A stretch of DNA of 64,000 nt from Monocercomonoides exilis PA203 (lineage: Eukaryota; Protista; Preaxostyla), in contig LSRY02000013.1 in assembly GCA_001643675.2 (NCBI GenBank), forward strand, positions 1,116,001 to 1,180,000, in the 5' to 3' direction. Both the position numbers and the translations under genes were made by a program. Under the pieces are notes generated by a model. The model ran no database searches, was not told the origin of the DNA, and saw only the letters and a program-made list of their open reading frames with translations. Numbering within the stretch: the first letter of the stretch is position 1; each line of letters starts with the position of its first letter. Below, one piece after another: positions 23,516-35,800 of this stretch.

Positions 23516-24181
23516 CAGAAAATCAAAAGCATTTCATTTTGAAACTCAACTTTTTTGAGTTTTTCTTTGCTCACTGTTTCACAATTAAGCAAACAAACGT
23601 TGAACTTTTTTATATCGTTAATTGCTCTTTTCAGATAGGAAGAAAACCAGCCAAAAAAGAATGAAATTTCAGATGTTATCATCGATTAACGATTATTTAT
23701 TTCGGGAATCTTACTCAGAAGAATTATCGCTTTTCATCTCTTGCATTGTTTTTGCAATAACAAGTTTGTTCATTTTTCGCTTTCTTTTTTTTTTTCATGA
23801 AAAAGAATTTGAATTATTTTCAATGATCGAATAGCTTTTATTTATCTTTTAGATTTCATTAAAGTTAAAGATTTATGAAACCATAATTAAAAAAAAACTT
23901 TTGGTGCCAAAGCAATAATAAAACTTATTTTGCTTCTCTGGATACGCATTTTTCAATTGGTCCATATGATAAAAAAAAAAAAAAATAAAATAAAATAAAA
24001 TAAACTTACTTTTAATCATTAATATAATTTGAAATATCTTTAAAAACATGCACTTGTTATCATTGAAGTTGTTATTTTTCGTTTTTTATTTTATCGATGT
24101 TGGGATAAACAATGAATTATTTCTTTATCTTCTTCTTTCTTGTTCAATGAGTGTCTGCCCGTTCATGCCATCCAGTCCATC

Positions 24182-26161
24182 CTATTTAGCAGACGACAAA
24201 GCAGGAAAAGACAAAGCCTCTGCATGTGCATCGAAGCATGCATCAGCAGCACCACTTTGCGCTGCCTCCCCCAAAGACACCCCATTCGCCACACTCCTCT
24301 TCCCCATCCGCCTCAAACTCCCAACTGCCCCAAACGCTTCTGCCTGCCCCTGCCGCGCTGCAATCGACTCGTCGTATGCTGACGCTGCAAGGTCCCTCCA
24401 CCTTATCGCCTGCACCTGCGACTCAGCAAGCTGCCGCCTCCACTTCCCTTGCTCCTTCATCCACCGTATCTGCTCTTCCGCCTCAAATATCAAGCTCTCC
24501 TGCAGCGCAATCACCCGATCCTGCTCCATAACCCTTGCTTCAAGCTCTCTTTCTCTCCTTCGCTTTCCCTCCTCTTCCTCCTCCTCTTCCTCCTCTGCTT
24601 TCCCACGCCCATCTATTAGCCACTCTGCCTCTGCCATGCCGCAACATTCGCTGTGTGGATGCAGCCAATTTTGCATCACCTCTTCCTCAAACTGCATCCT
24701 GCAACCATCACCTTGCACAATTTTCTTTGCTGCAACATCTTTCGCCATCAATGTGCTTCCAGGCATCATCCCCTTTGCTGCTCCGCCTCGTTGCTTTTCT
24801 CCCATCTCTGCCTGCACATCTTGAGTGCTTCGCTGTTGCTCTGCAGAAAAAGAGTGTGAATGCAATGGCAATGAAGCTGTAAAGTCGCTTTTGCCCAATC
24901 TGTCTGATGCAAAAAGTATTGCATCGCTGTCTGTCACGTGAGAAGCAGCCGGCTCAGAAGCCTCTTTTGAGTGTGAATTCGCAGAAGGGAAGGATGGCTG
25001 GGATGGCACAAATGATGTCAATGGCTCTTTGAAGTGGCTCTTCTGCCGAGGTTGTGCTGCCGAGCCTGATGAGCCACAATGCAACGTGGATGTCATCCCA
25101 CTTTGTGTTCCTTGCTTCTCTCCTGATGTCTGTCTGCCTCTCTCTTCACTCTCCATTCTGCTGCCTGCAACACCCTCTCCTTGCTTCCGCTTTCCCGCGC
25201 TGCCTCCTTGCCCACCGGCCACACTGACTGAACATTGCTTCGTTTGAAAAAACCCTCCCTTTAATGAAAGTGTCGAAGATCCACAAGCTTTTCTCGCATT
25301 TTGAGAACTGTCGCACGAAGGCCCCACGCTTGGCAAGCAGCCTCTCATCAAATCAGGATTGTGAAAATACTTTGTGTCTTTGGCTGCCTTTGCATCAGAC
25401 AAAGGATCCCATGTGCACTCCATCGCTTTTTCTTCTGATGATTTCAGAGTGGCACAACTCTCCGCATCGCAAAGCGGCAACCCCAACCTTTCAACCGAAT
25501 CAAAGTTCTTGTTTGTTGGAATCTCTTTGATGACCGAAATCTGAAGCCTAACTCCTCCAAAACTGAATGCACTGCAAACAGAAAAAATATCTGGAGCATC
25601 AGAAAAAGAAGAAGAAAATGAAAAATACAAATTTCTGGCTGAATAGACACTCTGAAAGGCACAAACTGTACATCCAATGCTCGTCTGTGGGAACAGCATG
25701 CTTTGATGAAACAAAAAGATTCTGCGCAAACAAACAATCCAAAAGAAAGAAGAAGAAAAAGAAAAAAAGTAATTAAACAACAAAAAACCAATAACTTGAC
25801 AAGGAAAATACCGCTGCCTCGCGCCCAAGGATGTTTCGATCCAAACAGAAATACATTAGTTTTTGCGTTGCATTCAAAAAGTGCGCTGGGGAGCCATTTC
25901 TTCATCAAAACAAATAAGCAAACAAACAAAAAAGCTCTGAAAATGGAACAAAATCCGACAGCATCAATACCCTGCTGATTCCCCTTCAAGCGTCATGGCA
26001 ATGTGTGCGATTAAGACATCGCCCATTTGAACTCCAAGCCCTTCAAGAATATTTGCATTTTCAGGAAAAGCCCCGCAAAACGCATTCTGCAGCATTTTAA
26101 TTACCTCACCCATCAAACTATGCAAACTACATCCATCTTTCTGCTGTTCAATTGAGCTCAT
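24182..26161 (-). CDS. Hypothetical multi-exon protein with a C-terminal coiled coil
   Basis: A GC-richer open frame spans 24182 to about 25560 and includes a coiled-coil-like RRRERELEARVMEQDRVIALQE segment. The candidate exon 1 (26161-25971) ends at a GTATTG donor, with T-rich intron-like segments between. Confidence 0.55.
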
Positions 26162-26772
26162 ATATGTTCATAAATCGCTCAAAAACACATAAATGTCCGA
26201 ACTCAAATTATTCTCTTTCTCTTGTTATGGGGACAATGATCAAATGCTATAATTGTTCAATTGCTTTTCCAATTGCAATTTTCGATTAAGCATTCTATTC
26301 TCGAAATAAATATTTTTTCGAAAAAATCTTTTTCGAGAAATGTAACTTTTATCAAAAAAATAATGATTAAAACAATTTTTTTTTGATACGAAAACAGGAA
26401 TTCGTGAATTCGTTCAAAAAATAATTAACAAGATTTCATAAAACGGAAAATGATTTTTTTCAGTTTTTTTATTCATATTCTTTTTTGTCCTAAACAACTG
26501 GTGCAAAATATTTTGCTTCAAGCATTTTCATCGAAAAATCATGCACTTTTCATTGTATTTTTGAGAACTGAAAACACAACAAAAATGTGTCCATTTTTTG
26601 ACATTAGTGAAATGCTGGAAAACCATATGTTTTGATTTCAATGATGACTGTGTGCCGATATGAAAATCAAATTTATTTCAAAATCTGAGAAAGTGAAATA
26701 TCGTTATGAGTGAAGCAGTTTTTTGGTGCTTTGTGCTTAAAAAGCTGGAAAGTTCGTATTTTCCCACATATA

Positions 26773-27131
26773 CAGATATCGCTTAAAATGCCGGACAAGA
26801 TCGATTTCGCAATAACCTTCAGAAGAAATATTCTGACAATTATCCTCAAAAGATATCTAAACAATACAAACTCATTTGGCATACAAGACTTTCTGGACAG
26901 CTTCATTTGCACTTGCAAAAATATTATTTTAAAAATCTCGGAGAAACTTAAAATCCAATTTCTCCGAGGTTTCGATATTTATTTTTTCTGAGCTCAAGCG
27001 AAGCTGTCCAGAAAGTCTTGTATGCCAAATGAGTTTGTATTGTTTTGATATCTTTTGATGATAATTGTCAGAATATTTCTTCTGAAGGTTATTGTGAAAT
27101 CGATCTTGTCCGGCATTTTGTGCGATATCTG
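26773..27131. mobile_element. 359-bp MITE, Tc1/mariner-like (CAG...CTG ends, TA flanks)
   Basis: About 130-bp terminal inverted repeats (CAGATATCGC...GGACAGCTTC / GAAGCTGTCC...GCGATATCTG) with a few mismatches. TA is present at 26771-72 and 27132-33. No credible ORF. Confidence 0.85.
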
Positions 27132-29898
27132 TACAAAATAATTTAATTAGAAATTGTTTGTTTTATGATATAAAATATATTCACAGCAAAATATCAGGAA
27201 GAAACCCTTCAAAAAAGAGATATTGCAGGGCCGCTGCCAAAAGAATAAATAATCAAGTGCATCACCTAATTTTCATGCTGTTTGCAAAATTTTTTGTTGG
27301 CAATTTGAATTTGATGGATATTTTTAATATAATTGCATTTTGGAAAGCTGTATGCCAAGTTCGAATTCAATGAACACCCACGCTTTTTTCCATATTTTTA
27401 AACGTCTGATGATATTTCGGCTAATCTTTCTGCTTCATTGAATCTCGATGGGGTCTGCAATTCAGTGAAAATTTCTGATAAGGTTACTGGTTATAATCCA
27501 CAGATTTTTGTGTGATTGATTTGGATAACGAATGAGAGTTATGCTTTGTTTCATCAATCGTCTGTGAAGAAAACATTTTTTCTCAGGATACGTTTTCACA
27601 GTTGATAAAAGGAGAAATGGTTGTTATTTATTCAGAGAAAGAAAACAATTCAATTTTTTCACTTGGCAAATGCTCAGAACACAGTCTCAAGGTTAACAAT
27701 GAAATATATTAATTTTCAACACAACAATTTCCAAGGAAAAGATAAAAATGCTGCTATCACAGTATTTGAGTGAGTTTTGAAATGAAAGGATTTATTTCAT
27801 AAAAGATTTGGCCTTGACAATAATTTGTTTTCACTAATTGATAACTTGATAACTGAACGGGAAATTTTGTGTCAATGGTTCATTATACTTTTTTGTCGAA
27901 AAAATGCAAATATGAATTGATTTTTCAATTGTCGTTTTAATGGTTGGGATGTTTATGCACTACACTTTGTTGATTTGAATATTCTATCCAACAGGATTAT
28001 CTCGTTGGGAGTGAAGAGAGAATAATAATCACAAGTGTTTGTGGAATCATTAACAGACTCGATGAAGAAGTGAGTGAGTCAGAAAGAGAAACCTTGGAAG
28101 AGGAAAAGGAGTGGACAAGGATTTTGCAGAGAAAAGAAAAAAAAGAAAGAAAAGATTGACAAAGAAGAGAAAATGAAGAGAGAAGGAAATTGGGAGAAGG
28201 GGATGAGAAAAGGATGCAAAGGAAGGAATGGAGTGTGGCGCTTTAAAGGTGATGAGAAAGAGAGAGAAATAAGTGAATGAATGAATAGGATTCTTATTTG
28301 AATGACAATAAAAATAGATCATTAATTTGTTCAAAGAGAACGATTGAAAGTTTCAATTGTGTAAACAATTGTTCAATTTTTGGATAAAGACCGAAAAGAA
28401 ACAAGCTTGAACGAAAATGCGATTTGGATGATAAAGTTGACTTTGATGAAATCGAAGAAGGGAGCAAAAAATGATATGATTGTTAAAGAGAGATTGATAT
28501 TGTTGAAAAATGAAAAATGATTTCGAGCTATTCAATTTGTTTCTTTGAATAAACAACTGTTGTCGAGGAGGACACATTAAAGTGACAATTGATTCTTAAC
28601 GCATATGGGATTTATTTTTTCTTTAATTCCACTTCTCTCACCAAAGGAAGAAATGAAATGAAATCATGGATTACAAGCATATGACAAAAACGATAAAATC
28701 AAAAGAATTGCTTTGAAAGATGATCATTATCACACTGTCTTTGGTGAGTTGCATTCTCATATATGATATTGAACATTTTTTTTGAAAGAAGTTTGGGTTG
28801 ATAAAATTGAAAATAACAATGTGGTCTTCGCTCATTGAAGACGAAGGAGCTGAAAGATTTTTCTCTTTCTTTTTTTTTCCATTCTGTGATGAACTGTTAT
28901 TCTTGCTGAAGAAATGAAGTCTTAGTCTCAACACTTTCAAAGAAAGAAAGAAATATTTGAAGTGAATGAAACAAAAACTGTTCAAAAAAACATGTTCAAA
29001 CTTATTCACAACCAGATGCCAATGAATGAGTTTTTTCTTCAACTCAAAATATCATTTTGATCGATATTATTGGCTATAAATTTTTGAGAGTTTATCCCAC
29101 CAATTCAATTTTCTTTTGAGGAAAAAATAAAAGAATAACAAAGTTCTCATCATTTTCAACATTAAATTATCTCTTATAATACTTCATCTTTTAAATTTTT
29201 TAATCCTTTTCTTAATGAAAGTTTTGGTCTTTTAATGCTTCAATGAATCAAAAGTTTTGAATCAGAATATTTCTCAATAAGAATGAAGTTTTTCCCTTTC
29301 TTCTCCTGTACATGAAAAACACAGAAAAATAAAATTCATATGTGTTGAAATCTTCACTGAAATAATTATAACTTAATATTGTCAAACGAAAAAACAAATT
29401 GAAGTGATTTCAGATGAATCAAAAAGGTGTTTGATTGAATTTTGTGATGTTTGAGTTACATGAATACAAAAGTTGTGAATATACAGAAGAGGAGTTACAA
29501 GTTAATTGACAACTTATGGCTGCCGGAAAAAAAGTTGAGAAAAAGAAGGGGAAAAGATCTTTTTCAAGTTATCTCAAATGCAATTGAAAAACAAAATAAA
29601 AGTCTCATGGAATAATTGTCAAAAAAACAAAGATTGATTTTTGGATTATGTTTTGGATGATTATCCAAATCAGGTTTTCAATGAAGCAATAATCCAATTG
29701 CAAATTCACTTCATGAAGAGCTAAAAAAAAACAAGATTGAAGAGGAATTTCTGCTTCCTTTTCAATCTGGGTTTCACTTTTAATACTTGGTTGAACATTC
29801 CTTTTTTTTCCAACAGAAAATGGTTTGCTTGATTATTCGTCGGTTTTAACTTCAACTTTGATATTGGACATTACTCGTCTCATTCAGTTGGGAGTGTT

Positions 29899-32800
29899 TT
29901 AGCTGTTGATAAACATTATTTCTGAAGAATCCAAAGATTCAGATTGCTCCTCTTTTGATTTTTCTCGAGATCCTTCTTGGTGGGTGACTGCATCAGACAC
30001 TGTGAGAATCACAGCTCCAGCTGGGAATTTCTGGATGAATTCTCGTTTCAGATCGCTCAGTGTTGGCCTTGCACTCTGTTTCTCACTCACCATCAACTTT
30101 ATTAACTCACAAAAAGAAGAGCCACCAACTGCGGCCATATCTGTCCTCTCACCATTCACTATCTTCTGCCCAGCCACCTCCGCTTCATAATCTCCGAACG
30201 GGATCTGGAGTGTCAGACACTCCCACAGCATCATCCCGATCGAGAATGACACTGACTCTTTTGATGCTTCCATGTTCTTGTTGATCAACAGTTCCGGTGC
30301 CTTCCACCTCAAGCACTCTTTTTTGAAAATTCCCTCATCCTCAAAGGCAGAAGAAGGCAGAGAGTCATCGTCATCATCATCATCACTGAAAGATGTCACA
30401 ATAGTTGATGATGAGATCGATGATGAATCAGAGTCATCTGACAATAAATCAGAATGCATCACGATGCAGATGACCATGTGCTCCGAGAATAATACAATGT
30501 GAGGGCTCAGATTGGCAAGAGATTGAAGAGGGCTTTCCATTTCATCAAAGGAATGGAGTGCTAAATTAGCCACCCAGAACAAGATTTGAGCAGCTGTCTG
30601 TTCCCTTTCCTGCAAAGTGCCAATCGCCATCTCCTTTGTTTTGTTCCTTCCATGCAACAACATGAAAAGCGAATCTCTCAAATCCACAATCAGCTTCTCA
30701 TGGGGAGATGAACAGGCCATCGCATCCACCAGATTCGACATTGATGAGGTGGTCGGGCACAGATCTTCCCTTCGAACAAAAGTGGACTCTGTGTCTGAAG
30801 TGTCTGTGGATGAAGTGGATGAGATGGATGGAGAAGGTGTTTTCTTTCTTATCTCTTCTTCCTCCTTTTCATCAACTTTCTCAAGCATCCATTCGGGAAT
30901 TTTTTCTGAATCTCTTCCCAAAATATATTCTGTCGAACCACTCTCAGATAGAAGATGCTCCGATGACTCTGAATGCTGTAGGCTTTTCTCATATACTCTT
31001 TTCTTTATCCTCTCCTCATTCTTTTTCTCTGCCTCTCTTTCTGCTCTTCTCCACTGCTCCTCTGGAGACATCTCCATTGTTGTCATTTCAATCAGCTTTG
31101 GATCTTTTCTCACTGTATCATTCACAATCTCTCTCAGCTCTTTGTTCTCATTCTTTGCATTTCTCCATCTAATTGTAGAAATAACCGCAATAATTAAAAT
31201 GAGGAGAAGCACAAAAGCCATTATAATCACAATTAGCAACCAAAAAGATTTCCTTTCTTTCACTCCTTCAACAATCCTTTCATCTCCATTCACCTTGGAT
31301 TCACTTCTGTTCTTCAGTATCTGCGGAGAAGTTGCAGCCAATTGTTTTCCAAACAAAATCATCACAGAAACCTCTGTTTCTTCTCCAATCTTTGAAATAT
31401 TTTCTGATGAGATTGTCCCAAGCACTTCCGTTTCTGATACAAAATCATCATCCTCAAACTGATATGTCTCAACCAACTCCACATCCCCTGTTTTATACAC
31501 CAGTCTGAATGATAAATCACAAGGAAGAAGAAGTGCTCCCTTGAGTTTTATTGAAACATTGTTTCCATTTTCAATGAGAGATGCCTCTTCGAGCTTTGGG
31601 ATGAAGAAAGGAGATGGCCTTTCTCCTGCTATTCCACCAAGGGTGCATCCATCATTCAAAATCCAAAGTGAAGAATTTGGCATCACTCCATCTCCTCCTT
31701 TCAAACTGGAAATAGTCAATGAGGCAGAATCAGAGCAAATGATGTTTCGACGAAGAGAGGGATATTTCTGAACAAAAGGATTATTGCTTGAGAAATTCCC
31801 GGCTTCAATTATAAAATTTCCTCCACTCATTGTTATTCCACCTTCTGCTGAATTCGAGAATATTATGTCTTTCATAAACACAGAACTCTTCACAATATCC
31901 ACAAGAGATCCTTCCCATCTGCATATCTCTTCTTCAATATTCAAATTCTTCTCGTTTCTTTCCTTTGTCATTCCATCAAATATGCAATTGTCCATTTTCA
32001 CATCTGTGCAATTCTCCACTTTTATCAATTTTCCTTTTGTGATCTTTGAACTGACTCCGCACATTGTGCAATTTGTCAACTGTATCGTCTTTTTCGGAGA
32101 CAGGCAAGATATCAATGATTCTTCATTTCCTTCAACTGTGATATTTTCTGTTTTGAAATCCTTGATTGTTAATTGTCCACATTCATTAATATCTATCAGA
32201 GATGTTTTTATCGTTGAATTGCTGATCTCAAACAAATAAATAACTGATGAAAGTGGTGATGAAAGATATAATGCCAATTCATGAAGCACAAGATTTGATA
32301 TTGCGCATCCATCAAGTTGAAATTCTCCTTTTTCCATACTTAAAAGCTGAAATGGAATGATTGCAAATTCTATATTTCCATCTTCATCAGATTGTTTTGA
32401 GTCAAATGAACAATTCATCATTTCAAGAATCCCTCCCTCTGGTGATATTAATGATTCATGTGAAGAGATGAAATTTGAATCAAACACAAATTTCACTCTC
32501 ACCAATGAGACTGTTCCGGTTGTTGTAACCAATGCATCCTTTGTTTTTTCAATGCTTGATTTCACTTCAATCTTGCAATTTTCTCTGCTCTTCGAGCTTA
32601 AACTCATTTCTTTCAGATTTATTTCTCTTCCAATCACACTCTCTTCAACAACGAGTATTTGACTTATCAGCTCTGAAGTCAAGTGAATCAGGCCATGCTC
32701 GATTGAAGCACAAGGATGTGTGTTTGTTCCACATTGTCTGTCATTCGATCCATTCACACTGCTCACAACAATTGTGTCACTCTGATGAATCGTCACAAAA

Positions 32801-35800
32801 TCAATCAGATTTGTATCTTCTTTGTGTTCACAACTATCAAATCCATATATAGCATTTATTCGTGAATAATGATTCTCTCGAAGATCAAACTGGAATTGGC
32901 TTTCATTGATCTGAGATGTGATGTTGAAACATTCAATAAAAATATCATTTCCCACTCTAGCTGTGTTTGAACTGAATTTCATTCCCACAAATGAAAAATT
33001 CAATTCTCCTCTTTCCTTTGTTGCCAAATACACCCCTCCTCCTTTCCCATTGGTGCAGCTGCTTTGACTGGTTGTAGAGTCAATCATCTTCATTGATCCT
33101 GATGCACCCAATGTGAAAAATATCGCCCCTCCTTTTTCACTTGTTTCTGCTTTGCCTTCTGTGATGTTGCTCGCATTAACCACCAAACAAATCTTTTTCT
33201 CGCTCATTGATTGCAGAATGCTGGGTCCATTGTAACTTCTCTTCACTCCTGAAAATGATGATTTATCAATTTGAAGGTTTATCCCTCCTTTACTTCCTTC
33301 ATTTATCTTCAATCCTGGATCAGATTTCTTGATTGAAAAAATGCATCCTTTGCTTTCATTCAACGAATCCACTCGAACATTCACAAAATGGCAAGAAACT
33401 CCAGCATCGTGAATGACAAATATGTTGTTTCCAACATTGCATGATTCCATCGACAAATCATTCACTTCCACACTGCCTCCAATCACATCCACAAACACAC
33501 AATCAAATCCATTGTTCATTCCTGCTTCTGAATGGAAGGAACATCCAGTTATCGCCAATTCTCCATTTTTGTTTGAAATAATAGTTTTAGCTGAATTGTC
33601 AAATCCAGATGCCAGTTGAAGTCGGATATTTGTCAATTCAAGATGACCATCATTTTCCATGAAATATTCCAGTTGACTTCCGACTGCCTTTTCAAAATTC
33701 AAAGTTGCTTTTGTATCTTCTTCTCCCATCTTTACACCCTTTTTGATTAAATAATTGGATGCATTGAATGAATCTCGAATGAAAGTTGATCCTTCAATCT
33801 GAATTGTTTTCTTTCCTTCTCCATCGTTCATGTTTTCCATTCCTTTCCACATCGTGAAGCATGGCTCTTCTTCACTTCCACAACGCGCCACATCAAATCC
33901 TCCCGATGAGATAAATATCTCAGATGAGCTGAATGGAATCAGAAACATGAACAGATCTTTATTTGAATGAAAGTTATCACTTCCCATAAACAGAGTTTTA
34001 TCACTGATCATTGAGGAATAATCGAAGTTGAATGAGTCACTTGTCACACTTTCGTTCAAATCAGTTGTTGAAATGAACATGTTCTTTCCATATTCTGCTT
34101 TATTCTGATCAAATATCAAATTTCGTGATAAATTAAACTTTGCTTCTGCATATGCGAGAGAAAGGAATATCCCTCCTCCTTTCCCTTCACTTCCACTCGT
34201 TGAGGGTGCACAGCACTTTTCAAATCTTGTTGATGAGACACGCAATTCGGAAGGATTCTCCAACGAAACTGACAATCCTCCCCCTCTTTTCCCATTCCCA
34301 TTCACCTCACATATTAGGAATGTGCAATTCTCAACCCTAATTGTGTTCGTTCTGTCATCATTAGGACTCATCCAAAGGCATCCACCGTCTCCTGCTCCTC
34401 TCGTGATGTTCTCAAATGAGGTGTTCTTCAATGTGATAGATGAACACTTCTCAACATGAATCACTCCACAATTTGGCAGATCACAATTTGTGATCGAGCA
34501 ATTCTGTATTGTGACTGAGCTACTTGTAGCAATCTCAATCAATCCATTCACTCCATCTGTGTCTATTTGACTCGAAATCACCTCATCCATCATCCATTCA
34601 CAACTCCCATTCACAACAATCATGCACCCTCCAAATCTCACTTTTCCCACACTCCCTCCACAACTCATCCGAATAATCTCCACTTTCCCTCCACTCCCAC
34701 TCACAAACACATAATTCGCAGAATCCACTCCATTTCCCATCTTTATCCCACAATCAGCAAATCTCAATGTGCCACTCGAAGAATAAATAAATGATGATCG
34801 TTCCCCAATCGATCCTCCCAATTCAAACAATATCCCTGTCAATGTTGATGAAACACTGTTCATCACCAATGCTTCTTGTGTTTTTGTTCCTGTTCCTCCA
34901 ATTTTCAATCCAACATCTTTGTTGCTCGAATCAATCTCATATGATTGTTCATCCAACTGAACTTCTTCATCAAATGAAAATGTGCTTGTCAGTCTGATCA
35001 TTCTCTTTGAACTCGGAAACTGAACTTCTCCAACATTCCCAATTCCTCTGCATGGGTAATCTTCATATCCACACAATCTGAATTCACTTCCATTTCCTCT
35101 TCCACTCACATATGCTGGAGATGGAAATGTCCGAAGAAACACAACAAGTGGAACAACCAGCTCTGGATTGTTTCTTTCTCTTCCACAAAGTTCATTCAAG
35201 TCTGCAACATTTATTCCGATTTCTGGATTGAATCCAAATGAAGCGCTGTTGATAGCATCTGACAAATCCTGTGCTTCCACAAACAGATTCTTCCCTCCCA
35301 ATGTTGCAGCGCAATCATCAAAACTCACTGTTGTTATTGAAAAGTCATTTGAATTGTCAGCCAAACTCATCATCACCCCTCCTCCAAATCCACTGCAATT
35401 GCATCTGTTGAATTTTGTTGCTTCGCTTGTCGTGGATGATGCTCCAATTCGAGCTTTGCTTGTGGGCGATGATAAATCAATCTTGATCCCTCCGCTACTG
35501 CCATTCACACACTCGCAACCCTCGATTGTCACATTCTGAACCACAAATGTCTCTCCTGCCTTCACACTCTTTGCAACAACCACCCCATCTCCTCTCGTCA
35601 ACCTCACATTCTGAACCGTCACATTCGCAAGCACGCTATCTCCAGATGCAGTAGTTGTCATAAACAGTCCGGACGAGGAGGATGAAGAAGAAGATAGAAC
35701 CGGCTCAGAGAACAATGATTTTGAGACATTCATATTTATGATCTCCACATCAACCATCGACAGCTGTGACAGCGCCACCACAAACACCGACGACGACATC

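Noticed and set aside
27300-29850. Coding-like decayed AT-rich sequence (also 8200-10000)
   Set aside because: No sustained ORF or recognisable motif, so it cannot be assigned.
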